Source: Octopus sinensis (Eukaryota). Taken from it: a stretch of DNA of 64,000 nucleotides. Location of the stretch: the NCBI RefSeq assembly GCF_006345805.1, contig NC_043008.1, positions 13,082,001 through 13,146,000 on the forward strand, given 5' to 3'. A program made the translations under genes and the position numbers. Each line of letters opens with the position of its first letter. The stretch's first letter is position 1. Shown in pieces: positions 52,655 to 64,000 of the stretch. The notes beneath the pieces were generated by a model. The model worked only from the letters and a program-made list of their open reading frames with translations, was not told the origin of the DNA and did no database searches.

Positions 52655-53400
52655 TGTGGAGTAGATTTGGTAGACGGAAAACGAAAGAATCCATGCCATC
52701 GTACATGTATATGCGTGTGTATGTGCGTGACTGTGTATCTGCGTTTGTCCCCCATCACCGCTTCACAACCTTTGTCGGTGTGTTTGGTCTCCATAACTTA
52801 GCAGTTTGGCAAAAGAGAAGGATAGAATAAATGCTAGGCCTTAGGAAAAATAAGTCTAGAAGTCGATTTGTTTGACTAAAGCAACTTAAATGCGGTGCTC
52901 CAGCATGACCGTACTCGAATGACTGAAACAAATAGATTGAATAAAAGAATATATAGAATATATATATATATAGACGCAGGAGTGGCTGTGTGGTAAGTAG
53001 CTTGCTTACCAACCACATGGTTCCGGGTTCAGCCCCACTGAGTGGCACCTTGGGGAAGTGTCTTCTACTATAGCCTCGGGCCGACCAAAGCCTTGTGTGT
53101 GGATTTGGTAGACGGAAACTGAAAGAAGCCCGTCGTATACACACACACACACACCACACACACATAATATATATATATATATATATATATGCATTTGTGT
53201 GTCTGTGTTTGTCCCCCCAGCATGCTTGACTACCGATGCTGGTGTGTTTATGTCCCCGTTAATTAGCGGTTCGGCAAAATAGACGATAGAATAAGTACTG
53301 GGCTTACAAAGAATAAGTCCCGGGGTCGAGTTGCTCGATTAAAGGCGGTGTCCAGCATGGCCGCAGTCAAATGACTAAAACAAATAAAAGAGTAAAGAGT
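52655..53400 (+). mobile_element. Two adjacent SINE family A copies (52655-52945 old; 52973-53400 young, full length)
   Basis: Family A head and tail motifs. Confidence 0.9.
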
Positions 53401-53413
53401 AATATAAATATAT

Positions 53414-53449
<36 letters not shown>

Positions 53450-53702
53450 CATGTGTGTGTGTGTGTGCATATATGTATTTAAAAATATGAGAACTATAAG
53501 TATTGTTTCGTTGAGGGAAAAAAAAAACATCGATAGTTCAGAGATCAAAGAATAGTGAGTTTCATACACGTCACTACCTAAAATGGAAAGGAAAGAACAA
53601 AAAAATTCTTCAATCTGACTGAAGTTTTGGATTTTAGTACAAAACAATGTGAAAGAAAGTAAAGAAAATTACAGAAATTATTTCGGTGCGTTTGTTCAAG
53701 GC

Positions 53703-53741
53703 ATCGACGTCCTCCTCCTCCTCCTCCTCCTCATCATCATC

Positions 53742-53807
<66 letters not shown>

Positions 53808-53834
53808 GTCATCATCATCATCATCGTCACCATC

Positions 53835-53885
<51 letters not shown>

Positions 53886-53978
53886 GTCATCAACATCATC
53901 ATCATTATCATCATCATCATTGTCGACGTCGACATCTTCGCTGTTGTCGTCATCATCATCATCGTCATCATCATCGCT
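53703..53978. repeat. (CCT)n/(CAT)n array
   Basis: Read directly; source of the poly-S/I/M ORFs. Confidence 0.97.
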
Positions 53979-54110
53979 TAGGTTTCCTACTTCAAAGGTT
54001 AGACGGATTTTCTAAGACAGCGGTGTTCAGCAAACGATATAACTTTCCTGTAGTCAACCATTTTGAATCGTCTGATACGACGCGTTGAATGGTGGCTTAC
54101 CAATTCAAAA

Positions 54111-54154
<44 letters not shown>

Positions 54155-54847
54155 GACCAATATGGAGGAGAGGATAATTTTCTTTTATACGACATTGGTA
54201 TAGAATGTCGTAACACCTATAGTCGTTCTAAAGGGATTCGAAACGTCTGTTTAAAATACATTCCAATCTTACCTCGCAAGTAGATTAAATCTTTTTAAGA
54301 GCACTAAATGACGAAATGATAGAAGTTGCCAGTAGCATGCTGTTTATTATGGAAAAGCTGTAAGTTAAAGCATTAATAACGAAACGTGTTAAAAACTTCT
54401 TTTCGTATAGTTTTCAATGTCGTGTTTTTAAAATCCATTTGCTATTCATTACAATATATTAGGGAAGATATGCTGTGCGCTGTATTTATTTATTTCTTTA
54501 TTTATTCGTCTTAATATGAGTGAAGAAGTATATGCAATCTTGGTTATTTTCCTTAGCGTTTCAATATATTTTCTTACATTTAAGTTTTCACTGCGAAGAA
54601 AATACTTTGATTCCTTCAATAAACTGGTCAGATTTTACAGGTTAATAGGCTAGCATATAAACATGAAAGGAATATTCTATATACATGCATATATACATAC
54701 ATACATGCGTGCATACACGCGCACATGCATGCGTATGTACGTACATGCATACATATAAACACATATATATATGTATTTTTACACGTATATGTGTATGATG
54801 TGCATTGCTATTTACACGTATACACACTCACAGAGACACACCCATAT

Positions 54848-54893
54848 ATAGATAGACAGATAGGTAGAAAGATACATTAATAGATAGATAGAC

Positions 54894-54957
<64 letters not shown>

Positions 54958-54997
54958 TGATAAAAAGACAGACAGACAGCTGATAGCTAGATAGATT

Positions 54998-55065
<68 letters not shown>

Positions 55066-55182
55066 TGTAGATAGATAGATAGGTAGGTAGATAGGTAGAT
55101 AGATAGATAGGTAGGTAGATAGGTAGATTGATAGATTGATTGATTGAGTGACAGATTGAGTGATTGATTGATTGATTGATAT
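54848..55182. repeat. (GATA)n/(GGTA)n/(GATT)n array
   Basis: Read directly from the sequence. Confidence 0.95.
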
Positions 55183-55832
55183 GAATGTAGATATGTGGTT
55201 ACATATTAATTACTAATTGGTATTTGTGTATTCATTAATGTGTGTGTTCGTGTCCGAGTAAAATAAGACACGCGAAATGACATCAGAAAATAGTTATAAC
55301 ACCATAGGTGCGAAAAAGACGAAGGAAGTAGGAAGTTCATATGCAAAATTAAACGTTTGCCTTCAACATTTATGCTTCATGCGTTCCCATGTTATGCTTT
55401 CAAAAGCGGTCCGTTAATTAACCATATTTAGGTTTATCTACCCTTGCTACTGTTTTTAGATCTTAATCACTGCAAAATATTTTGCCTTCTAATTGCATGG
55501 ACTCTCAGATATAATCGAGTTTGTTTCACCATACTGTATTGGGTGAGAGAGCATCACGAATATGGGTAAATATTACAGGTACACCGAAAATAGCAATGGC
55601 GTAAATATGCATTCAAAGATATGAAGCAAAAATGGCGGTTGGGGGTGAAGAGGAAACGATATACATTTTGAATATGCACCATAATTCTCTTTAGAGAATT
55701 TCAGAACGAAGCTATTATCAGTTAAGTGAATTCTATTTTGTCACGAGATATCTGAGACACGCTTGAAAAGCCGTGAGTATAAGATTATAATTTCATTTTA
55801 AAATTAAAAATAAAAATTACAAAACGAGTGTG

Positions 55833-55876
<44 letters not shown>

Positions 55877-55980
55877 AATTAAGGACTGAACACGAAAAGT
55901 GGACAGTCAACATGCTAGATATAGACGTCAAATCGCCATTCACCACAAAAGATTATGTTCTCAGATCAAACTCAACACAA

Positions 55981-56049
<69 letters not shown>

Positions 56050-56483
56050 AACACACACATATATATAATATAATACACACACATAAGCATATACGTGTAT
56101 ATATACATAAATATGCATGATGTGTGTATGCATATATATTTAATTGGGAGTTTTAGTTTGTGTGACGTATATATATATATATATATACGCATACACAGTT
56201 CTTAGGAAGGCTACTGCAATCTCATGTTCTTTACGTTGTAAAGCAAATCATGGCGTATTCGTTTTTCTTTGTAGCTAAATCTTCGTTTACGTGTAGCGAG
56301 TTATAAGGAGATAAAAATAATTTACACGGATCCCTATAAAATTGTTCACTGAAACGTAAGCGATGAGATCAATCGATTTTATTTGCTACTCATTAGAGAG
56401 ACACCATCGCAAACTCAATGCCTGCATACATGCATGTTGAAGTCAATAACCTGCTGTGGTGTATATAATTAACTATACAATAT

Positions 56484-56700
56484 ACTCTTTCACTCTGTAA
56501 CTTGTTTCAGGCATTTGACTACGGCCATGCTGGAGGATCTCCTTAAAGGGGTTTAGTAGAAGAAATTGAACCCAGAACTTACTTTTGCCTACTACTAATT
56601 CTATCAATATCTTTTGCCGAACGCTAATTTACAGGAACGTACACACACCACCATTGCTTGTTAAGCGATGATGGGGGACAAATACACACACACACATATA
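56484..56700 (-). mobile_element. Degenerate SINE family A tail
   Basis: cttgtttcaggcatttgactacggccatgctggag...ggggacaaatacacac. Confidence 0.75.
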
Positions 56701-56970
56701 TATATATACATATATATACACACACATATATACATATATATACACACACATATAAACATATATCTATAGAAAATGATTTGATCTGAAATCCAGTGCTGAA
56801 ATAAAAACAGTTGCAGTGTGATCTGATCAACTGGTCCCCTTCACACAAAACTTTCAGACCTAGTAAAGTATCTCGTTAGTGTTAAAGAATATAGGTGTCT
56901 ATCTGCCATTTAAAAGGCAGCACGAAATTTTGTTAGTGAGCAGGTCGTGGTTTCAAAGGGACGAAAATAT

Positions 56971-57385
56971 TAATCCTTTGTCAGTCTTTGTTTGTCATCT
57001 CTGTGTTTAGCCCCTTGTGGGTAGTAAAGAAATAGGTATTTCATCTGCCGCTACGTTCTGAGTTCAAATTCCGCCGAGGTCGACTTTGCCTTTCATCCTT
57101 TCGGGGTCCATTAAATAGGTACCAGTTACGCACTGGGGTCGATATAATCGACTTGGTCCGTTTGTCTGTCCTTGTTTGTCCCTTCTGTGTTTAGCCCCTT
57201 GTGGGTAGTAACGAAATAGGTATTTCGTCTGTCTTTACGTTTCGAGTTCAAATTCCGCTCAGGTCGATTTGCCTTTCATCCTTTCGGGGTCGATAAATTA
57301 AGTACTAGCTGCGTACTGTGTCGATCTAATCGATTGGCCCCTTCTCCAAAAATGTTGGGCCTTGTGCCTAGAGTAGTATAGGATA
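56971..57385 (+). mobile_element. Tandem array of headless SINE family B units
   Basis: Tail-1 fragment, then units restarting at ggtatttc (57035, 57219; period 184 bp). The last unit carries tail type 2. Confidence 0.88.
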
Positions 57386-58171
57386 TTACCTACCTGATGT
57401 TTTACCATTGAATAATGCGGAATCAGTTTTGCTTACTAGTTTACTTAGGAATTTGCTAATATAGTGAACCAGATATTTTGGTTATGTAATCAAAGTGTAG
57501 AAGCTGGACATTCGTGAAAGTTAGAAGTAAAGATATTTACATGAATGAAATAAGAAACACAATGAACCAGGTAGAATTTGAAAACATGGCAAAGAGATAT
57601 CAATGGAAAAGAAGCAGGGTAAATGTGAGAAAGAAATGAAGAGAGTGAATGAAAGAGCAGAGTTGCGCTTATAATAACTAAGAATGAAAGTATCTGCGAA
57701 CCGCCAAATTTCATCGTGTATCCTGTAACTTTCGCTTTTTAGTCTCTTTGCATCTTAATTGTGAATTGTAGTTTCTTTACTATTTCCCAGCTTGTTAGAA
57801 CAAAAGTGGTCCCGAAAGAATAAATATTTTTTTTAAGTATTCATGATTTATGAGCAAAAATTTATCGTTTATTTCAATGTGTTCCGACGTAGAATTACCA
57901 TTTGAGTTATTGTCTAGGCTTATATTACAATCCACGTTTCCATCGTTCTTCAAGCTATACACGTTTAACAGACTCTAAGGTATCAATGCTTACTTATTCG
58001 CTGATTTATTTCTTCTTAGTTATTCGAAACCGAAGAGTTAGATATTCTGGAAGAAATATATTCCATACTGTTTCAAAATAATCAGTGATATTGAAACAAT
58101 AAATCTATAGTAATCTAGTGTGGTAATGCTGTTTATAATTATAATTACATATATTTTTTATAATTCATCAA

Positions 58172-58346
58172 TACATTATTTACATTATTTACATTTGACG
58201 TATATTTCTCCTCATCTTGTTTGTTGTTAACACAACGTTTCGGCTGATGTCCCCTCCAGCCTTCATCAGTTGACTTGGGAAAATGTCGAACCTGGGTTCG
58301 CATTCCTTAGGTATTTTGAATATTATCATTATTATTATTATTATTA

Positions 58347-58381
<35 letters not shown>

Positions 58382-58464
58382 TATTATTATTATTATTATT
58401 ATTATTCACGTCACTGCTAGATTCGAATTCGGAATCTTGGGGTTAGTAGCCTGCGCTCTTAACC
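58172..58464 (-). mobile_element. Short element: tRNA-like head, (AAT)n, hammerhead, (AAATAATGT)n tail
   Basis: Minus: ggttaagagcgcaggctactaaccccaagattccgaattcgaatc, then (aat)n, aaaatacctaaggaatgcgaacccaggttcgac, HHR, and tail aaatgtaaataatgtaaataatgta. Confidence 0.65.
58230..58273 (-). ncRNA. Minimal type I hammerhead, canonical CUGAUGA core
   Basis: Minus: gtcaa CTGATGA A GGCTG gaggggacat CAGCC GAA ACGT T gtgtt. Stem II is 5 bp perfect; stem I is decayed. Confidence 0.75.
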
Positions 58465-58497
58465 CCAAGATTCCGAGTTCGATTCGAAGCAGTGACA

Positions 58498-58501
<4 letters not shown>
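58405..58501. repeat. ~41-bp inverted repeat with 14-bp spacer, extended by mirrored (TTA)n/(TAA)n
   Basis: ttcacgtcactgctagattcgaattcggaatcttggggtta / taaccccaagattccgagttcgattcgaagcagtgacatgaa. Confidence 0.93.
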
Positions 58502-58533
<32 letters not shown>

Positions 58534-58567
58534 TAATAATAATAATATAATAATAATAATAATAAAA

Positions 58568-59065
58568 ACTTGTAATAAGATGCACCATCTAAAGGCAGAC
58601 TTGTAATAAGATGCACCATCCAAAGGCAGATGTGGATCGTCTTTACCTTCCCAGAGCTCAGGGACGTCGAGGTTTCATCCAGCTTCAACTTATATACAAA
58701 ACCACCACAATCAGACTGTCCAAATACCTTGAAGCAACCAACGATTGGATGCTAAAACTTGTTGAAAAACATGAAAGACCGGAAAAACTTCACCCTATTC
58801 TGAAAGAGAGCAAAAAATTCGCTACTGATCTCTTAGATACCTACCAGATTGATCAGGTTGAAGGAAATGCGCCAACTGCTGCTGCAAATAAAATAAAATT
58901 GATTGCAAAGACAAAAGCACATGAAAAATTAGCTAGCAGATGGGAACAGAAACCTCTGCATGGCAAGTATGTGGCCCGTAGTAAACAAGCTGATGTCGAT
59001 CAGAAACGCATGCAACAATGGTTACGAAGCTCAGGGTTAAAAGCGGAGAGTGACGGTTTCATAAT
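58568..59065 (+). mobile_element. R4/Dong-clade LINE fragment adjoining (TAA)n
   Basis: MHHPKADVDRLYLPRAQGRRGFIQL...WEQKPLHGKY...WLRSSGLKAESDGFI; same family as 25165-25380; 31-bp tandem duplication at the 5' junction. Confidence 0.92.
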
Positions 59066-59254
59066 AGAATGGCTCTACATCAGAAGCCGAAAATAGATCA
59101 GAAAGAAGGAATATAATAGGCCAATTCCTACAGTCTCTCACTTAGGACTCTAGTATATCATTGAAGTGTAAGTTATATGTTTGCTTTATCTCAAGTTATA
59201 AATACAAAACTACAAAAATCGTTTTCAAAGTAACAGGGTTAGTCAATATATTTG

Positions 59255-59592
59255 GTGACCCCCTTCGGTCAGACACTGACCATGGGTTTGTACCTAGAGT
59301 GTTACCCTCTGAGGCACAAGTCTGGGCAAGGTTGTTTTATGGAAGACCAGTAGTCGCCCATGCATACCGGCCTCCTCTCTCCACGTCACCGATGTTGCCC
59401 AAGGGAAAGGCAAAGGCCGATACAGCTTGGCACCTGTGACGTCGCAACTCATTTCTACAGCTGAGTGAACTGGAGCAATGTGAAATAAAGTGTCTTGCTC
59501 AAGAACACAACACGCAGCCCGGTCCGGGATTCGAGCTCACAACCTCACGATCGTAAGCTCGACGCTCTAACCACTGAGCCACGCGTCTTCAC
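59255..59592 (-). mobile_element. tRNA-derived SINE family D, full length
   Basis: Minus head gtgaagacgcgtggctcagtggttagagcgtcg...gagctcgaatcccgg (A and B boxes), then ttgagcaagacact domain. Confidence 0.85.
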
Positions 59593-60559
59593 TATATTTA
59601 TTCAGTAAATATTCGTTAACATTTACAAGGAAAATGTAAACATTTGCTTCGGAGTTTCAGCTTGTTACGATCATCAGTTTTTATAGACTCGACGTAGTTT
59701 ATTGCGACTGAACATTTATACCGCGACTAAACTTTTACAGCAGTGATTTATAAGTGATAAATGGTCAGGGCGTATAGGTGTTACTTTATTCCATCTTGAA
59801 CTGTGATTTTGCCTTCGTTAAGTGTGTATTTCTGCCTAATGAAAACAACCGCCCCCACAGGTACGCCTCCACACTCAAACGCACACATCCACACATGAAG
59901 AGCTCATTTAAGATCTGCGTGCGCATATCTAATAGCTGTAAGCCTATGGGAATATATGCGAAAATATTAGTAATGTAAACACGTATGTTCTGATGTTCAT
60001 TATATATTAATAGATATCTAACTATCAATATCTATATATAATTTACATGCCTGGATGCTTGCTTGCTTTCACACACACACACTTCCACACACTCTCTCTG
60101 TCTCTGTCTTTCTTTCCCTCTCTTCCTCTTCCTCTCTCAAATATCCTTACACTTATTCGTTCTCCCACACACTTAAAAACAACATTAACCATGTTATTGA
60201 TGTGTTGCACTCTTTTTCACTCTGTTGGCTTTCACGTAGCTAATTATTCCAACTTAAAATACAGAACACCAAAATTACATTCATGCATGTTTCGAATTAT
60301 TTCATGTACGATATTCGTTGACGTAATTTTTCCCAAAAAGCGTTTAAAGAAATGAACCCATGTCCTACATGCAAAATTGGACATCTATTACATGTTTAAT
60401 ACACTAAATATGATTCTCCTACATAGAAGTTTCTGAAAATTGAGACCGTCCAAAACTCTGTATACTTTATGCTATCAAATAGACCCCATTAAAATAGCTA
60501 CGTAGATATTTATCTTCGTAGCTTCAACAACCATTTTCTATAAATATATATTCTATAGG

Positions 60560-60722
60560 TACATGAGGGGAAGTATGTTGCGTACCTTGATTCTAGGCGA
60601 CTTGTTTCCGGGTTCAGTCCCACAGAGTATTACCTTGCACAAGTGTCTTGTACTATAACTGGGGTCATCAAAATGTTTGTGAATGGAATAGGTAGAGGGA
60701 AACTACAAGAAACCCATCGTGT
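60560..60722 (+). mobile_element. Degenerate SINE family A head
   Basis: ttccgggttcagtcccac...ccttgcacaagtgtctt...ggtagagggaaact. Confidence 0.7.
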
Positions 60723-60736
60723 GTGTATATATATAT

Positions 60737-61046
60737 AATCACCGTGATCACTTGACCGACCAGGCTATCAGATGTTGCTACTCATCGCTGGTCACAATGC
60801 GCTTCGTATTGTTTCAGCCTTCAAATGACGCCACCCCGCTGGCTAAGCAAGCAGGCCAACAGAAGAAAAAGTAAGAGAAAGTTGTGGCGAAAAAGTACTG
60901 CAGGGAGCACCACCAGCCCCTGCCGGAGCCTTATAGAGCTTTATGTGTTCTCGCTCAATAAACATTCACAACGCCCTGTCTGGGAATCGAAACCGCGATC
61001 CTACGAACGTGAGTCCGCAGGCCTAACCACTGGCCCTTTGCTCCTC

Positions 61047-61048
<2 letters not shown>
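60737..61048 (-). mobile_element. SINE family C, full length
   Basis: Minus head ggaggagcaaagggccagtggttagg...ggtttcgattccc; tail ...ggtcggtcaagtgatcacggtgat. Confidence 0.88.
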
Positions 61049-61100
<52 letters not shown>

Positions 61101-61111
61101 TATATATAATT

Positions 61112-61600
61112 TAAAATAGGATAAAATCTTTATAAGAATTTATCAAGTACTCATCGTGAAAACCTGGTGTTAAATTAATGGTATTATTAAATTAATATCG
61201 ATTTTCACCCTCATTTATAATTTTATAAATTTAACTATGCGGCAGTTAATATTTTATTTGATGCGGCATACGTTTCCAATGGAGTCTAGGCATGCTTTTG
61301 GCGCGGAATTGAGACATAACTAAAAAGTAATTGGTTGGACCGCTCGTGTTTTTGACGCTCGAATCGATCTAATTAATTGCATTTCTGACAAACTCTACCG
61401 AAGATTTATAGATGTAAGTGTAAGTAAAACTACATATTACATTAGTAATGAAACAATTGTATAGAGTCAATCTATTTTATTTGTTGTATTTCACTTTCCT
61501 TCCGTTAAATGTATGTTGATTCTAGTTGGAAACAGATCTTCTGTGGTTGCTTCGGAGCTATTTTTAGCACTAGAGTTATCCACATAGTGGATAACTCTCT
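61112..61600. mobile_element. Unclassified TA-flanked element ending in a 12-bp fold-back (possible PLE remnant)
   Basis: Starts taggataaaat as at 11643; ends agagttatccac-ata-gtggataactct (61572-61598). Confidence 0.45.
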
Positions 61601-61609
61601 AATAATTTA

Positions 61610-61648
<39 letters not shown>

Positions 61649-62244
61649 GTATGTATGTATGTACGTATGCGTATGTTTTCGTCCCCTACTACCGATTGAG
61701 CACTGATGTTGTTTTGTTTGCATAGTAGTAACTTAGTCGTTCAGCAAAACAGTCCGACGGTACATGTGACGACGGCAGTCGATTATTTCGACTAAAACTA
61801 TCCATGAAGCCTCAATCTCGTGACTGAAACTATTTAACGATAAAAGATAAAGATATGCGCATCTATTACGTGTATATATGTTTTTGCTGGAATATTTTCC
61901 TTGCGTGTGGGCGCACGAAACAAAATAGTTGTATTTCATTTAAATTACCAATTATGTCATTCCTAAATCGAATTATGAATAAATTGGCGATGAAAAAATT
62001 TTGCGGGAAACTCCCCGCGAAATTATAATTGCTGTTCTTGAAGGTATTAAATGTGGAATCGATGATATGAGCCTGCAATAAACGTCATGATATCCTATTG
62101 AGTGTAGGCATGGGGGGCATGGAAGCTATAAGATTAAATTCTGATTTCGAATTATTAGAAATCTACCGATGTATCTACGACTTATCCTACGTTACAAATC
62201 ATAGAGACATGTCCGGAATAACGGCACAAAACGTGTGCCTTTAT

Positions 62245-62642
<398 letters not shown>

Positions 62643-62875
62643 AGGTGGTGATCTGGCTGAATGGTTAGCACGCCGGCATCGTTTTCAGTGGTATTTTCTC
62701 CGTGTTTACGTTCTGATTTCAAATTCGACCGAGGTCGACCCGGTTTTGATTTTTTTTTCCGGCTGGATGAAATAAATAGCATTTAAAAATTAGGGTCGAT
62801 ATAATCCACTTGCCAACCACCTACTCCCGCCTCCTACCAAATTGTTGGATTTATGTCTTAAATGGAAACTATTAT
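62643..62875 (+). mobile_element. Degenerate SINE family B
   Basis: ggtggtgatctggctgaatggttagcacgccgg...ttcaaattcgaccgaggtcgac. Confidence 0.75.
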
Positions 62876-62928
62876 CAGAGAGACAGACAAACAAACAGAT
62901 AGACAGACAGACATACAGACAGACAGAC

Positions 62929-62988
<60 letters not shown>

Positions 62989-63011
62989 GATAGATAGATA
63001 GATAGATAGAT

Positions 63012-63338
63012 TAGTTTCTTTATTGGCCACACAGGGCTGCACACAGATGGGACAAGTTACAAGGTAGAGCTTTTCTTTTGGGGGATGAAAAAAAGAGGGT
63101 GGCGTAGGTTTTCGATCAAGAGGGATCGTAAAAGGGAAGAAAAGAACAAAAAAGAAAATAAAAATAAAAAAAATAGAATAAAAAATAAAAAGAATAAAAG
63201 AAAAAAAAGAAAAGAAAGGGAAAGGAACAAAAGAAAAGAGAAATGAAAAAAGAAGAAAAAGGGGAAAAAAAAGGGAAGAGGAAAAAAAAAAAGAACGATC
63301 AATAGGGATCGTGTATCACAGTGTTATGATATATGTTA
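63012..63338 (-). mobile_element. 3' end of an unclassified retroelement inserted in (GATA)n
   Basis: Homologous to 33110-33260; pyrimidine-rich UTR on the minus strand ending AATAAAGAAA; (GATA)n on both sides. Confidence 0.7.
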
Positions 63339-63339
63339 T

Positions 63340-63374
<35 letters not shown>

Positions 63375-63375
63375 C

Positions 63376-63415
<40 letters not shown>

Positions 63416-63590
63416 TCAGACGGATAAAGGAATAAATAAAGAAATAAAAATAGTGAGCTTGCTGAACCGTTAACATACCTAGATAAATGCTTAGCCACGT
63501 TCTAACCATCTTTACGTCCTGAAACCAAATTCGACCATGGTCGATCTGCCTGTCATAATGTGATCAATGAAGGCGGCGAGCTGGCGGAAA

Positions 63591-63795
63591 CGTTAGCACG
63601 CTGGGCGAAATGCGTAGCAGTATTTCGACTGTCTTTACGTTCTGAGTTCAAATTCTGCCGAGGTCGACTTTGCCTTTTATCCTTTCGGGGTCGATCAAAT
63701 AAGTACCAGTTAATCACTGGGGTTGATGTAATCGACTTAACCCCCTTTGCTCGTCCTCTCTATGTTTTGCCCCTTGTGGGCAATAAAGAAAGAAA
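63591..63795 (+). mobile_element. SINE family B, full length
   Basis: ggcggcgagctggcggaaacgttagcacgctggg...gagttcaaattc...ccccttgtgggcaataaagaaa. Confidence 0.92.
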
Positions 63796-64000
63796 TATAT
63801 TTTGAACCGGTCACCTAAATTTGTAGTCTCTATAATTTTAGCTAATGATAAGTTTATAATAATATATTTGTACATATACTTTCCCAGCGTAAGTTCAAAA
63901 CTTTGTTCACAAAGGAATCTAATAGCAGGTATTTAGATTCTCTCGTAGCACCCACATACATCGTCATATATAAGCATATGTTTAACCTACAATGATATGC

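Noticed and set aside
54188-54250. 9-bp hairpin and GAAACGTC as a possible hammerhead
   Set aside because: No CUGANGA-like core or stem II upstream.
56971-57385. Regularly spaced repeats as a CRISPR-like array
   Set aside because: Eukaryotic SINE tandem with no unique spacers and no cas genes.
59520-59592. tRNA gene candidates (also 19150-19231, 60975-61048 and 58406-58464)
   Set aside because: No complete cloverleaf or acceptor stem; each continues into a repeated SINE body, so these are tRNA-derived heads.
60496-60523. Small imperfect hairpins (also 50523-50549)
   Set aside because: Short, AT-rich and mismatched; expected by chance in 64 kb.
61255-61360. Minus-strand GAAACGTA motif in the TA-flanked element
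   Set aside because: A matching 5' core could not be found; too decayed to call.

Overview
AT-rich, microsatellite-dense eukaryotic DNA. The tRNA-derived SINE families and repeat landscape match what I recognise from Octopus (coleoid cephalopod) genomes; this is an inference, not a database result. I find no intact host protein-coding gene, so the window reads as intergenic or as part of a very large intron. Almost all ORFs in the supplied track are translations of (TA)n, (CA)n, (AAT)n, (CAT)n and (GATA)n arrays. The recognisable content is: about 25 SINE copies from four families; 5'-truncated LINE fragments (CR1, RTE, R4/Dong); Penelope-like element (PLE) remnants with GIY-YIG domains; mariner, Tc1 and hAT remnants; pogo- and piggyBac-type MITEs; and a ~1.49-kb tandem duplication. 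The most interesting signal is RNA-structural. At least six minimal type I hammerhead ribozyme (HHR) motifs from four unrelated short elements are present, plus degenerate ones. Several have non-canonical cores (CCGACGA and CUGUUGA, each in two copies; CCGAUGA in one). One HHR sits in a ~300-bp element with a tRNA-like pol III head, a candidate hammerhead-bearing SINE mobilised by Penelope. There are also several fold-back palindromes, one of which resembles a pre-miRNA that arose inside a dead PLE ORF. Coordinates of degenerate elements are approximate.
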